A model generated the notes under the pieces. That model saw only the letters and a list, made by a program, of their open reading frames with translations. It made no database searches and had not been told where the DNA came from. A stretch of 61,848 bases of DNA, filler included. It is 6 parts of 6 records of this genome, joined end to end, with 100 filler letters (N's around TTAATTAATTAA, not from the genome) between each part and the next. Parts side by side here need not be neighbours in the genome. Positions count along the whole stretch, not along the records: positions 7,349 to 12,758 come from SRR2962707_2813; positions 12,859 to 24,654 come from SRR2962707_2816; 4 more parts are not named here. One strand, given 5' to 3'. Made by a program: the position numbers and the translations under genes. Positions 9,683 to 19,152 of the stretch are shown one piece after another (within the stretch, counting starts at the first letter, position 1; each line of letters begins with the position of its first letter).

Positions 9683-10693
9683 ATGAGCCAAGATAAACCC
9701 ACACAGCCCCCCCAAGCTGGCACACCCGCCGGTGACCGTATCGCCAAAGTTTTGGCCCGCGCTGGCCTAGCCAGCCGCCGAGAAGCCGAGCGCATGATCG
9801 AAGCGGGGCGCGTGCGCGTCAACGGCGTGCAAATCGATTCGCCCGCGTTGAACGTGACGGCGGCCGATCAAATCAGCGTTGATGGCAAACCTGTGGGCGA
9901 CCCCGAACCGCCGCGCATGTGGCTGTATCACAAGCCGACCGGCCTAGTGACGACCAACCGTGACGAAAAAGGCCGCGGTACGATCTTTGATGATCTACCC
10001 GAAGACATGCCCCGCGTGATGAGCGTGGGACGGCTTGATTTGAACTCCGAAGGGTTGCTGCTGCTGACAAATGACGGCGAGGTAAAGCGCAAGCTCGAGC
10101 TGCCCTCGAACGGCTGGTTGCGTCGCTACCGCGTGCGCGTCAATGGCCGCCCGTCCGAGGAGGTGCTGGAACCCTTGCGCAAAGGCATCACCGTCGATGG
10201 CGAAGAATTCCAACCTATGACGGTGTCACTGGACCGCCAGCAGGGCGCAAATGCCTGGCTGACAGTCGGCCTGCGTGAAGGTAAAAACCGCGAAATCCGC
10301 CGCGCGATGGAGGCCGTTCATCTGTCGGTTAACCGCCTGATCCGTACCAGCTATGGCCCGTTTCAGTTGGGTGAATTGAAACCCGGCGAAGTTGAAGAGC
10401 TAAAGCGCAAGGTTGTGCGCGACCAGTTGGGCCTTGAGATCGAGGACAACACCGGCACCGCAGTCAAGAAAAAGCCTAGTCACATCGTCAAGCGCAAGCC
10501 GCGCAAACCCGGCATGCCCGGCCCCGGTCGCCCCGGCCTGCCCAAAGAACCGGGTGAAAAGACCGCGACAGGCAAAACCATCCCCGGCAAGCCCAAGCCC
10601 GGTTACGGCAAATCCAAGCCCGCGCGCCCCGCATCTGACGGCCCTGCCCCGCGCAAGTTCGGCACCCGTGTAAAGAGCACACGCAAACCCTGA
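9683..10693 (+). CDS. rluB: 23S rRNA pseudouridine synthase (RluB/RsuA family) with Lys/Pro-rich tail
   Basis: S4 domain RIAKVLARAGLASRREAE, GRLDLNSEGLLL, LREGKNREIRR. Confidence 0.88.
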   Translation: MSQDKPTQPPQAGTPAGDRIAKVLARAGLASRREAERMIEAGRVRVNGVQIDSPALNVTAADQISVDGKPVGDPEPPRMWLYHKPTGLVTTNRDEKGRGTIFDDLPEDMPRVMSVGRLDLNSEGLLLLTNDGEVKRKLELPSNGWLRRYRVRVNGRPSEEVLEPLRKGITVDGEEFQPMTVSLDRQQGANAWLTVGLREGKNREIRRAMEAVHLSVNRLIRTSYGPFQLGELKPGEVEELKRKVVRDQLGLEIEDNTGTAVKKKPSHIVKRKPRKPGMPGPGRPGLPKEPGEKTATGKTIPGKPKPGYGKSKPARPASDGPAPRKFGTRVKSTRKP

Positions 10694-10790
10694 ATTCTGC
10701 TTGTGGTGGGCATGTTATACCAAGCATGCCCCCAGAATCCCTAGCGGCCCGCCGCCAGAGTCCCTATATATGGGACAGAAGGAAATTTAG

Positions 10791-11021
10791 ATGGGTCGAT
10801 TGTTTCTATTCGCTGCGCTGTTTGCACTAATCCTTGTGATTGGCTACGTATTGTTAACAATCGTAACGCGAATTTTGGGTGCAGGGCAGAATATGTTGAG
10901 ACCCCCTAACGGACTAAACAAAGAGGGCCTGATGGTACCCACACCGTTCCAAAAGATCACTTATGCTGCGTTGATCGTGCTGTTGTTCGGCGTGGCGACG
11001 GGCTGGCTGGGGGGCCTATAA
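10791..11021 (+). CDS. small two-TM hypothetical protein
   Basis: RBS AAGGA; two hydrophobic helices; TAATG coupling to the next gene. Confidence 0.7.
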   Translation: MGRLFLFAALFALILVIGYVLLTIVTRILGAGQNMLRPPNGLNKEGLMVPTPFQKITYAALIVLLFGVATGWLGGL

Positions 11022-11917
11022 TGGCCAAGCGGTACGGCGGTAAATACAGTCAGGACGGCGACACGGCACAGCCCGACGGCCAGCCTACCCAGCACCGCTC
11101 CGGTGGAAAACGGGTCGAGGTTGACCCGGTTGGGGGCCGTGCGAATGTTCTGTTCATCCCCGCGATCCCACTGGTTTTCATGTCGCTGAATGATGGCGCT
11201 CAGGGGCTTGCCTTGGGCTTGATCGCGGCTGGGTCACTTACCGGGGCAGCACTTATGCTGCGCGAGGGGCTAAAGGCCGAGGCGGCTTATGTCGCCCGCA
11301 AGGTCGCCGAACGCCCTGCCCTGCCACGCAAGATGATCGCGAGTGTTCTGACCGGTTTCGGCGTCGGCTTGGCCGCGTATAAAAACGACCCCGGCGTTGC
11401 CGCCGCTGTGATCTACGGGCTGGCCGCACTTGGTCTGCATGTATCGGCTTTTGGCATTGATCCGCTTTCGTCCAAAGGGATGGAGGGGATCGACAGCTTT
11501 CAAAAAGGCCGCGTTGCCCGTGTGGTCGAAGAAGCCGAAAAACACCTGACAGCCATGAGCGTTGCCATTGCACGCGCGGGCGACCGTCAGGTCACGGACC
11601 GGCTGGCGGAATTCCAGACAACCGCGCGCACCCTGATCCGCACCGTCGAGGAAGACCCACGTGATTTGACCGGCGCGCGAAAATACCTGTCGGTGTATCT
11701 GCAAGGTGCCCGCGACGCGACGCTCAAGTTTGCTGATATCTATGCCAATACACGCGATGCGCAGGCACGCGCCGATTATCTGGCCCTGCTGGATGATTTG
11801 GACAAAAACTTTGCCGCGCGGACGCAAAAATCGCTATTGGAAGACAAGACCGACCTGAACATTGAGATTGATGTGCTGCGCGAGCGGCTTTCCCGAGAAG
11901 GCGTGCGCCTCAAGTAA
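11021..11917 (+). CDS. 5-bromo-4-chloroindolyl phosphate hydrolysis (XpaC) family protein
   Basis: VEEDPRDLTGARKYLSVYLQGA, DLNIEIDVL; upstream of a TelA-family gene. Confidence 0.82.
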   Translation: MAKRYGGKYSQDGDTAQPDGQPTQHRSGGKRVEVDPVGGRANVLFIPAIPLVFMSLNDGAQGLALGLIAAGSLTGAALMLREGLKAEAAYVARKVAERPALPRKMIASVLTGFGVGLAAYKNDPGVAAAVIYGLAALGLHVSAFGIDPLSSKGMEGIDSFQKGRVARVVEEAEKHLTAMSVAIARAGDRQVTDRLAEFQTTARTLIRTVEEDPRDLTGARKYLSVYLQGARDATLKFADIYANTRDAQARADYLALLDDLDKNFAARTQKSLLEDKTDLNIEIDVLRERLSREGVRLK

Positions 11918-11952
11918 CGCGCGTTCACCACAGCATAGAGAGATATACCCCC

Positions 11953-12758
11953 ATGTCCGACAAAGTCCGCGAAAAAGCCACCCAAACAGAAGCATTGGTT
12001 GACGAGGTCAACGCGCTTGTGCTGGCCCAACCCGCGCCCGCCGACGCCATTGTGCCGCTGGACAAGGCCAAAGGCAAAATGAGCACGGCAATCAAAAGCC
12101 GCATGGCCGAGATCGACATGAACGAGACCCAGTCGATTATCTCTTTCGGGTCCGCCGCACAGGCCGAGCTTCAAGAAATCAGCCAGGCCATGCTGCAAGA
12201 CGTACGCAACAAGGATGTCGGCCCCGCCGGTGACAGCCTGCGCAACATCGTCACCACCATCCGCGGCTTTTCCGTATCCGAACTGGACGTTCGCCGCGAC
12301 CGCAGCTGGTGGGAACGCCTGCTGGGCCGTGCCGCACCCTTTGCCAAGTTCACAGCCCGGTTCGAAAAGGTGCAAGGTCAGATTGACCGCGTCACGGACG
12401 AATTGCTGAGCCACGAACATACGCTGCTGAAAGACATCAAATCCCTTGATATGCTGTATGAAAAGACGTTGCAGTTCTATGATGAACTGGCGCTTTATAT
12501 CGCAGCAGGCGAGGCCAAAATGGCCGAACTGGACGCCACCGACATCCCCGCGATGGAAGCGGCGGTAGAGGCCGCCGCCGAGAACGATCAGGTGATCAAG
12601 GCGCAAGAACTGCGCGATATGCGCGCTGCACGCGACGATCTGGAACGTCGTGTCCACGATCTGAAACTCACCCGTCAGGTGACCATGCAGTCGCTTCCCT
12701 CGATCCGTTTGGTTCAGGAAAACGATAAATCCTTGGTCACCAAGATCAATTCGACCCT
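11953..12758 (+). CDS. toxic anion resistance protein (TelA family), 3' truncated
   Basis: SIISFGSAAQ, LERRVHDLKLTRQVTMQSLPSIRLVQENDKSLVTKI. Confidence 0.88.
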
Positions 12759-12858
12759 NNNNNNNNNNNNNNNNNNNNNNNNNNNNNNNNNNNNNNNNNN
12801 NNTTAATTAATTAANNNNNNNNNNNNNNNNNNNNNNNNNNNNNNNNNNNNNNNNNNNN
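12759..12858. other. artificial contig spacer
   Basis: N-run/TTAATTAATTAA/N-run. Confidence 0.99.
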
Positions 12859-13671
12859 GTTGCGTTCGACCTGAATGGCGTTGAAGAAACTGGCGTTGGC
12901 GCGCTGCCAGTCATGTACGCTGCCCTGACCGCCGAGTGCCCGCGAGACCTTTATCCCGATATCGTCGGCTTTCTGCGGATTATCGACAAAGACCTCGAGG
13001 TTCGACACCGCATCCGGCATTCGGAAGTAAATCTGCGCGGCTTCAAGCGGCATGAAGACAAATCCGGAATCGTATTCGTACATGCCGATTTCAAAAGTGC
13101 CGACGATCTTGAACGCCCGCATGCGCGGAACCGTACCGAAAGCGGTGACATTTCCCTTGGGCGAGATCAGCGTGATGTTGTCGCCGACCCTGACGCCCAT
13201 GTTTTGCGCCAGCCGTGCACCGATCAGCACCACGTCATCGCCTTTGAAACTGCTGAGCGCCCCCTGCTGGATGTTATCTGCAACGATGCGGCGCTTTTCC
13301 AGGTCTTCGGCCCGGATACCCCGTACGATGGCACCCTTGGCGACGCCCTTGGCCGAAGCCATGACCTGCCCTTCAATCAGGGCGTTGACCGAGACCACAC
13401 CATCCAGGCCTTCTATCTTGTCGATCATCGGCTGGTAGTCCGTCATCTGACCAACGACAGGCCCATAGACACTGAGATGCCCGTTGATGCCGAGAATGCG
13501 TTCCAACAATTCCTGGCGGAAGCCGTTCATCACCGACATGACGATGATCAGGGTCGCAACGCCCAGCGCGATGCCGACCAGCGAGAACCAGGCTATGACG
13601 GAAATGAACCCTTCCTGTCGGCGGGCGCGCAGATAGCGCATTGCCATCATCCATTCGAACGCGGAAAACAT
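12859..13671 (-). CDS. lolE: lipoprotein-releasing ABC transporter permease LolC/E, 3' truncated
   Basis: MFSAFEWMMAMRYLRARRQEGFISVIAWFSLVGIALGVATLIIVMSVMNGF; DWQRANASFFNAIQVERN. Confidence 0.9.
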
Positions 13672-13792
13672 TGGCTGCGGTTTACTCCATGAAACAAGCC
13701 CGGTTCGGGGCATGCTGATCGTGTTCGTTCACGCCGGATTTATGCCGGCGGGTGGTCAAGAGTGCCACTTGTAAGCGATGGGACGCAGCCCA

Positions 13793-14551
13793 TCAACCAT
13801 TCAACCCTTCACTGAACAGTCTGCCATAAGTCCCGGCATCGCCCATCTCATCCGCGCCAATTCCGGCCAGGCGCAGCATATGCCAACCAAGCACCTGATT
13901 GCTGCACAGCACAGGCTTGCCGAGCACTTTTTCCGCTTCGGGAATAATTTCCCAGGCTCTGAGGTTGGTACAAGACGCAAAGACCGCATCGCATTCCCCA
14001 GAACCGATATCGCACATGGCGCTTATTGTGGATTTCGGTGAAATGCGGGCGACGGTCTGGTCTTCCGCCTGCTCAAATGAGCCATAGACTGATATTTGGA
14101 TACCGGCCGTCTCTATGGCCGATTTCAACGCATCCGTAACTTCGGCGATATAGGGGCTGACAAGACCGAGCTTCTTAACGCGCAACGCTTTGCAGGCTGC
14201 TTTTAGTGCACTCAGCGGGTTTGTCACAGTAACACGTGGATGGGCATGGTTGATCAATTCGGCAACCCGGGCTTCACCAAGAACCGTTGCACCCGACGTA
14301 CAGCCATAACCGATCACGCTGATCCCGGCTTCATCGGGGAGCATTGCCGCGCTGGAAGTCATGGTTTCCCCCATCATCGACAGGGTTTCCGGGCGGACTT
14401 CGGGCATGCTTTGGATTCTGTTCTGGTATGTTCTGAGGCCCTGCCCAAGGAACAGTTTACCGAGTTCGTATTCCATCAATTCGTCAGTCTGCAGGACGAT
14501 AAGGCCCATGGCCTGCCCGCGATCAATTTCCAGTTCAAACGGCAGAGGCAT
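13793..14551 (-). CDS. Asp/Glu racemase / maleate isomerase family protein
   Basis: GLIVLQTDE, GYGCTSG and FASCTNLR catalytic Cys motifs, PVLCSNQVLGWH. Confidence 0.85.
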   Translation of the reverse strand: MPLPFELEIDRGQAMGLIVLQTDELMEYELGKLFLGQGLRTYQNRIQSMPEVRPETLSMMGETMTSSAAMLPDEAGISVIGYGCTSGATVLGEARVAELINHAHPRVTVTNPLSALKAACKALRVKKLGLVSPYIAEVTDALKSAIETAGIQISVYGSFEQAEDQTVARISPKSTISAMCDIGSGECDAVFASCTNLRAWEIIPEAEKVLGKPVLCSNQVLGWHMLRLAGIGADEMGDAGTYGRLFSEGLNG

Positions 14552-14556
14552 ATCAG

Positions 14557-15741
14557 CTATCCGATCACGGGCATCTGTGCCGGCGCGCGCCGGCTCAGCA
14601 ATTCCGGTTCGCCGTCGCGGATGACGATATTTTCTTCGTGCACCATGACTTTCCCTTCGGCAAAAGTCATCCCGGGTTCCAGTGTCATGACCATGCCGGG
14701 TTTCAGCACCGTCATGTCCGTGGCTGTATTTGACGGCCATTCCGTCAGTTGCATGCCGAGCCCGTGCCCCAGCCTGCCAACATCGTTACCCATGGCGCCG
14801 CCCGCGTCCATGACACCTTGCATGGCATTGAACAGATCTGCGCATGTCCGCCCTGGCCTTGCGGCCCGGAGGCCTGCTTCAGTGGCCTGCCAGATGACAT
14901 CATGCGCCCGCTTTGCGGCGTCCGAGGTGTCACCAAATGCAAAATTACGGTCAAAATCGCAAAAATATCCGTCGAACGTTGCGCCGGTATCCAGAACAAG
15001 AACATCCCCCTGTGCGCTTTTGCGTTCGGATGGCGGGGAAATGATGTCGCCATATCCCCCTTCCCCCAATCCGCCGACGACATAGGCGACGTCATCAGCA
15101 CCGGCATCCAGGGCGGCTGTCTTGAACGTGCGGAAGATATCGACCTCGCTCATGCCCAGTGAAAGCCGGGACGGCAATTCTTCAAAGACAGAAGACATCA
15201 CCGCACAGATATGACGGATCTTGTCGATTTCGGCTTCCGACTTGGTCATGCGCAAGGTTTCTATTATCGGTGACGCATCCCGGAACGAGAGCGGCTTGAT
15301 CAGCTCGGCCAATCTATGGAAATCATTGAGCGACATGCGCAGCGCCGTTTCGGGACCCATCGGCAGGCCAATCATGCCCGACCGGCCGTTCGTGATTTCA
15401 CGAATCGTTTCGGCGAGCAGGCTGACCCCCTCGTCTTCCGGGCATGGGGATGACCATGTACGGATGTCATCAATCCAGGTTCGGGCCATGCATTCGGCGC
15501 CGATAGCCGGGATCACGGCAACCGGCTTGCCGGCCACAGGCACGACGACAAACCAGGGCCGTGTCGGACTTTGCCAGAATGGTGTCAGAAAACCGGTGAA
15601 ATAGCGGACTTCAGGTTCGCTCAGCAACAACATGGCGGCGAAACCCGAATCCGCCATCATTTTCTGTGCACGCGCGGTTCTGCTCTCGAACTCGGAGACG
15701 GAAAATCCCCTTGGCGGTGCGGGCGTCGATTTGGCGGTCAA
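14557..15741 (-). CDS. M24 (Xaa-Pro peptidase/creatinase) family protein
   Basis: Creatinase-N RYFTGF, KSEAEI, DTGATFDGYFCDFDR, GHGLG, TLEPG, HEEN; TTG start. Confidence 0.87.
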   Translation of the reverse strand: MTAKSTPAPPRGFSVSEFESRTARAQKMMADSGFAAMLLLSEPEVRYFTGFLTPFWQSPTRPWFVVVPVAGKPVAVIPAIGAECMARTWIDDIRTWSSPCPEDEGVSLLAETIREITNGRSGMIGLPMGPETALRMSLNDFHRLAELIKPLSFRDASPIIETLRMTKSEAEIDKIRHICAVMSSVFEELPSRLSLGMSEVDIFRTFKTAALDAGADDVAYVVGGLGEGGYGDIISPPSERKSAQGDVLVLDTGATFDGYFCDFDRNFAFGDTSDAAKRAHDVIWQATEAGLRAARPGRTCADLFNAMQGVMDAGGAMGNDVGRLGHGLGMQLTEWPSNTATDMTVLKPGMVMTLEPGMTFAEGKVMVHEENIVIRDGEPELLSRRAPAQMPVIG

Positions 15742-15904
15742 TATAAGGCAACTCCAGCTAAGTCCTTATAAAACCTATCCGGGATCGCCCTTCCCGCCAA
15801 TGCATAAGCATAGACTATGATATTTGGCTATTCGGAGGCTTCGGGGCCACTTGTCATAAAAAAATAGCTGGATGATGATTATCCAAAGCAGCAAGGGGGC
15901 TAGA

Positions 15905-17194
15905 ATGCTGGATTCATATTTTAAACTGAATGAACACGGGACAACCGTCCGCACTGAAATCATTGCCGGGGTCACGACTTTCCTGACGCTGGCTTACATC
16001 ATGTTCGTCAACCCATCGATCCTGGCGGAAACCGGCATGGACCGGGGGGCAGTCTTTGTCGCCACCTGTCTTGCTGCCGCGATCGGCACAATGATCATGG
16101 GGATGCTCGCCAATTACCCGGTCGCACTGGCCCCCGGCATGGGCCTGAACGCATACTTTGCGTTCGGTGTTGTCCTTGGCATGGGACATTCATGGCAGGT
16201 TGGTCTCGGCGCCGTATTCATTTCCGGCGTGATTTTCATGATCCTGAGTATTCTGCCAATCCGCGAGTGGATCATTAACGCCATACCCGATGGAATGAAA
16301 CGTGCGATTTCGGCCGGGATCGGCCTGTTCCTGGCGATTATTGCTTTGAAGAATGCCGGATGGGTTGTCGATCATCCGGCGACACTTGTAACGCTGGGCG
16401 ATGTGACGGCCCCGTCTGCCCTTCTTGCGGCGGCAGGGTTCATCCTGATTGCCGTTCTGTTCTCGCGCAAGATTCCCGGGGCCATCATCATTGCCATCCT
16501 TGCCGTGACCGGAGCTGGGATTGCGCTTGGGATTTCTCCGGCCGGCGGGATCGTATCGATGCCGCCGTCCCTTGCACCGACGTTCATGCAGATGGATATC
16601 GCGGGCGCCCTTAATATCGGTCTTGTTTCGATCGTTTTTGCATTCCTGTTCGTCGACCTGTTCGACACGGCCGGGACACTGGTCGGTCTGGCACATCGGG
16701 GCAAACTGTTGGATAAGGACGGTAAGCTGCCGAGACTGCGCCGCGCTCTGCTCGCGGATTCATCGGCGACGATTGCCGGCGCCGCCCTCGGGACCTCCAC
16801 GACGACCAGCTATATCGAGAGTGCTGCCGGAATCAATGCAGGGGGCCGCACGGGGCTGACGGCGGTGACCGTGGCCGTTCTGTTCCTGCTGTCGTTGTTC
16901 CTGTCCCCGCTGGCGGGAACTATCCCGGCTTATGCGACAGCTCCGGCTTTGCTGTTTGTCGCATGTATCATGACCCATGGCCTCGCCGAGATTGACTGGG
17001 ACGATGTTACAGAAGTCGTCCCGGCAGTGATCACGGCCATTGCCATGCCGCTGACGTTCTCAATTGCCACCGGTATAGGCCTGGGTTTCATCAGTTATGC
17101 TGCAATCAAGTTGCTTGCCGGCAAAGGCAAGGATGTCCACGTCGCCGTGTATGTTATTGCGGTTGCGTTCATCATAAAGTTCGCGCTGATTTAA
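15905..17194 (+). CDS. NCS2/AzgA-family purine permease
   Basis: TEIIAGVTTFLTLAYI, APGMGLNAYF, DLFDTAGTL, SYIESAAG, GGRTGL. Confidence 0.93.
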   Translation: MLDSYFKLNEHGTTVRTEIIAGVTTFLTLAYIMFVNPSILAETGMDRGAVFVATCLAAAIGTMIMGMLANYPVALAPGMGLNAYFAFGVVLGMGHSWQVGLGAVFISGVIFMILSILPIREWIINAIPDGMKRAISAGIGLFLAIIALKNAGWVVDHPATLVTLGDVTAPSALLAAAGFILIAVLFSRKIPGAIIIAILAVTGAGIALGISPAGGIVSMPPSLAPTFMQMDIAGALNIGLVSIVFAFLFVDLFDTAGTLVGLAHRGKLLDKDGKLPRLRRALLADSSATIAGAALGTSTTTSYIESAAGINAGGRTGLTAVTVAVLFLLSLFLSPLAGTIPAYATAPALLFVACIMTHGLAEIDWDDVTEVVPAVITAIAMPLTFSIATGIGLGFISYAAIKLLAGKGKDVHVAVYVIAVAFIIKFALI

Positions 17195-17340
17195 CATATT
17201 AATATTTCAGTGCGGTTTTTTGTAACATTGTGTCGTTTGAGGGGTGACACGCCCATTTAAACGGACTATAAGATTACACGCTTTCGGGAACAGGATTTTT
17301 TCCTAAACGGTCCGAGTGCGGGGGGAAACCAAAAAAATCG

Positions 17341-17368
17341 GCAAGGCCTTAAGGCCTTGCTTTTTTGT
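17341..17368 (+). terminator. intrinsic terminator, possibly bidirectional
   Basis: GCAAGGCC-TTAA-GGCCTTGC stem followed by a T-run and preceded by an A-run, between convergent genes. Confidence 0.75.
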
Positions 17369-17413
17369 TTCTGCAACGGGGATCGCATTTGTGCAGTTTA
17401 TGCTGCATTTCCC

Positions 17414-17968
17414 TCATTCATAAACAGATGCGTCGACCTGCATCCATGGCGGCCTAAGTGCAGCAATTTCTGCATATACGGGGCATGTATCTTTGTGGAC
17501 CCCCGGCAGATAACCAATACTCATCAGGAATTCGCCAGTAATTTCACCGCCAGTGAATTTGAAGGTTTTCTTGAACAGCTTGACCCAGTCGTGCTTGGCA
17601 CGCGGATGATGTGCCGCAATCCATGCTGCAAATCCGCCGTGCGAGTCTCTGAGGTTACGGATACGTTTTGCGTTCTCGATGATTGCCAGAACCTTGAGCC
17701 GATTCCGGATGATCCCCTCATCCGCCAGCAGCCGTTCGATATCTCGGTCATTGAAGCGGGATACCTTATCGACATTGAAGTTCAGAAACGCCTTGTTGAG
17801 GGTTTCACGCTTTTTCAGAACAATCCCCCACGAAAGCCCAGCCTGGCAGATTTCCAGCGACAGGCGTTCCATCAGCGCATCCTCATCAGCAACCGGAAAG
17901 CCGTATTCAGTGTTGTGATATGACGCATGCAGCGGATCACCGGGTGCGTAATCGCAATATCCGCTCAA
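17414..17968 (-). CDS. tag: DNA-3-methyladenine glycosylase I
   Basis: YHNTEYGFP, LEICQAGLSW, IIRNRLKV, FKFTGGEI. Confidence 0.92.
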   Translation of the reverse strand: MSGYCDYAPGDPLHASYHNTEYGFPVADEDALMERLSLEICQAGLSWGIVLKKRETLNKAFLNFNVDKVSRFNDRDIERLLADEGIIRNRLKVLAIIENAKRIRNLRDSHGGFAAWIAAHHPRAKHDWVKLFKKTFKFTGGEITGEFLMSIGYLPGVHKDTCPVYAEIAALRPPWMQVDASVYE

Positions 17969-18471
17969 AGCCTGAAATCCACTTCATTGTGGACATTCAT
18001 GCCGTCCAGCATCAGCAACTGAGCTTCACTGGCATTGCGGGAAACATAGATATTGGCCACGAATTCAGAATCATGGGTACGAACCGGGGTCAGAAGCCGG
18101 ACAAGATTTTCACCCTCTTTGGCATCCAGTCTTTCCCAGTTGTCCGCAAGCGCATCGGCAGTGAGCAGATAGCCGCCATCGTTCCATTCACGGGTCATTG
18201 ACCAGGCCAGTCCAGGGCATTCATCAAGCGAACATTGGCTACCGTTCTGAAGGTGTCCGGGATAACTGCATGTGATCCATTCCCCGCCGATGGGCTCCAG
18301 AACATGGGCATCCGGACCGCCCGGGCGCATGCGTCCATACACACATAGCCGGGTGGCCGCGCCACTCGTGCTTGAGAACAGCTGGTCTGCTTCCAGGTCA
18401 GCTGGGTCCAGTCCGATCCGGCGCCGGTTGATTGCAATGATTTTGGAGACGTTAATATTCAGCGCATCCAT
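17965..18471 (-). CDS. gamma-glutamylcyclotransferase (AIG2-like) family protein, divergent
   Basis: LCVYGRMRPGG...LEPIGGEW and WERLDAKEG resemble GGCT VYGTL..G and LD.FEG motifs. Confidence 0.65.
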   Translation of the reverse strand: MDALNINVSKIIAINRRRIGLDPADLEADQLFSSTSGAATRLCVYGRMRPGGPDAHVLEPIGGEWITCSYPGHLQNGSQCSLDECPGLAWSMTREWNDGGYLLTADALADNWERLDAKEGENLVRLLTPVRTHDSEFVANIYVSRNASEAQLLMLDGMNVHNEVDFRL

Positions 18472-18481
18472 AAGTCTGCAC

Positions 18482-18727
18482 TCAGTCTGGACGGAAGGAG
18501 ATCAGACCGGCATCGGCGATAAAATAGAAGATCAGCCAGATCACCAGTGAAATGACGCTGCAATAAGCCGCTTTACGCCACATCATCGGCTTGACGGGCG
18601 CCCCGGGTTCCTGCCCCGGTTCCATTTCCTCGTCGGTTGGAGGCCTTACGCCGAAGGGCAATGTGATGAACAGAACAAGCCACCAAATGACGACGTAGAC
18701 AGCAATACCGGTAACCCAGTTATCCAT
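18482..18727 (-). CDS. DUF1467 membrane protein
   Basis: AVYVVIWWLVLFITLPFGV...GQEPGAP; usual position after mce. Confidence 0.85.
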   Translation of the reverse strand: MDNWVTGIAVYVVIWWLVLFITLPFGVRPPTDEEMEPGQEPGAPVKPMMWRKAAYCSVISLVIWLIFYFIADAGLISFRPD

Positions 18728-19131
18728 CAGGCCTGTTCCAACTCGACAAGTGTGCCACAGAAGTCCTTGGGGTGAAGAAACAGAACCGGTTTCCCGTGCG
18801 CTCCGATTTTCGGCTCGCCGTTGCCAAGGACCCGTGCACCTTCGGATTTCATACGGTCACGGGCAACAAGGATATCATCGACCTCGTAACACACATGGTG
18901 CATGCCGCCGGATGGATTCTTGTCCAGAAAGGCCTGAATCGGCGACCCCTCTCCCAGCGGATGAAGCAGTTCGATCTTGGTGTTCGGCAGTTCAACAAAC
19001 ACCACGGTAACCCCGTGATCGGGCTCGTCCGTCGGGTCGGAGACCTTGGCACCCAACGCATCGCGATAGACGGCGGCGGCCTTTTCAAGATCAGGTACGG
19101 CTATGGCGACGTGATTAAGCTTTCCTATCAT
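18727..19131 (-). CDS. mce: methylmalonyl-CoA epimerase
   Basis: LNHVAIAVPDL, TKIELLHPLG, GGMHHVCYEV, FLHPKDFCGTLVELEQ. Confidence 0.95.
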   Translation of the reverse strand: MIGKLNHVAIAVPDLEKAAAVYRDALGAKVSDPTDEPDHGVTVVFVELPNTKIELLHPLGEGSPIQAFLDKNPSGGMHHVCYEVDDILVARDRMKSEGARVLGNGEPKIGAHGKPVLFLHPKDFCGTLVELEQA

Positions 19132-19152
19132 CGGTATCCCTCACTCATGCAC

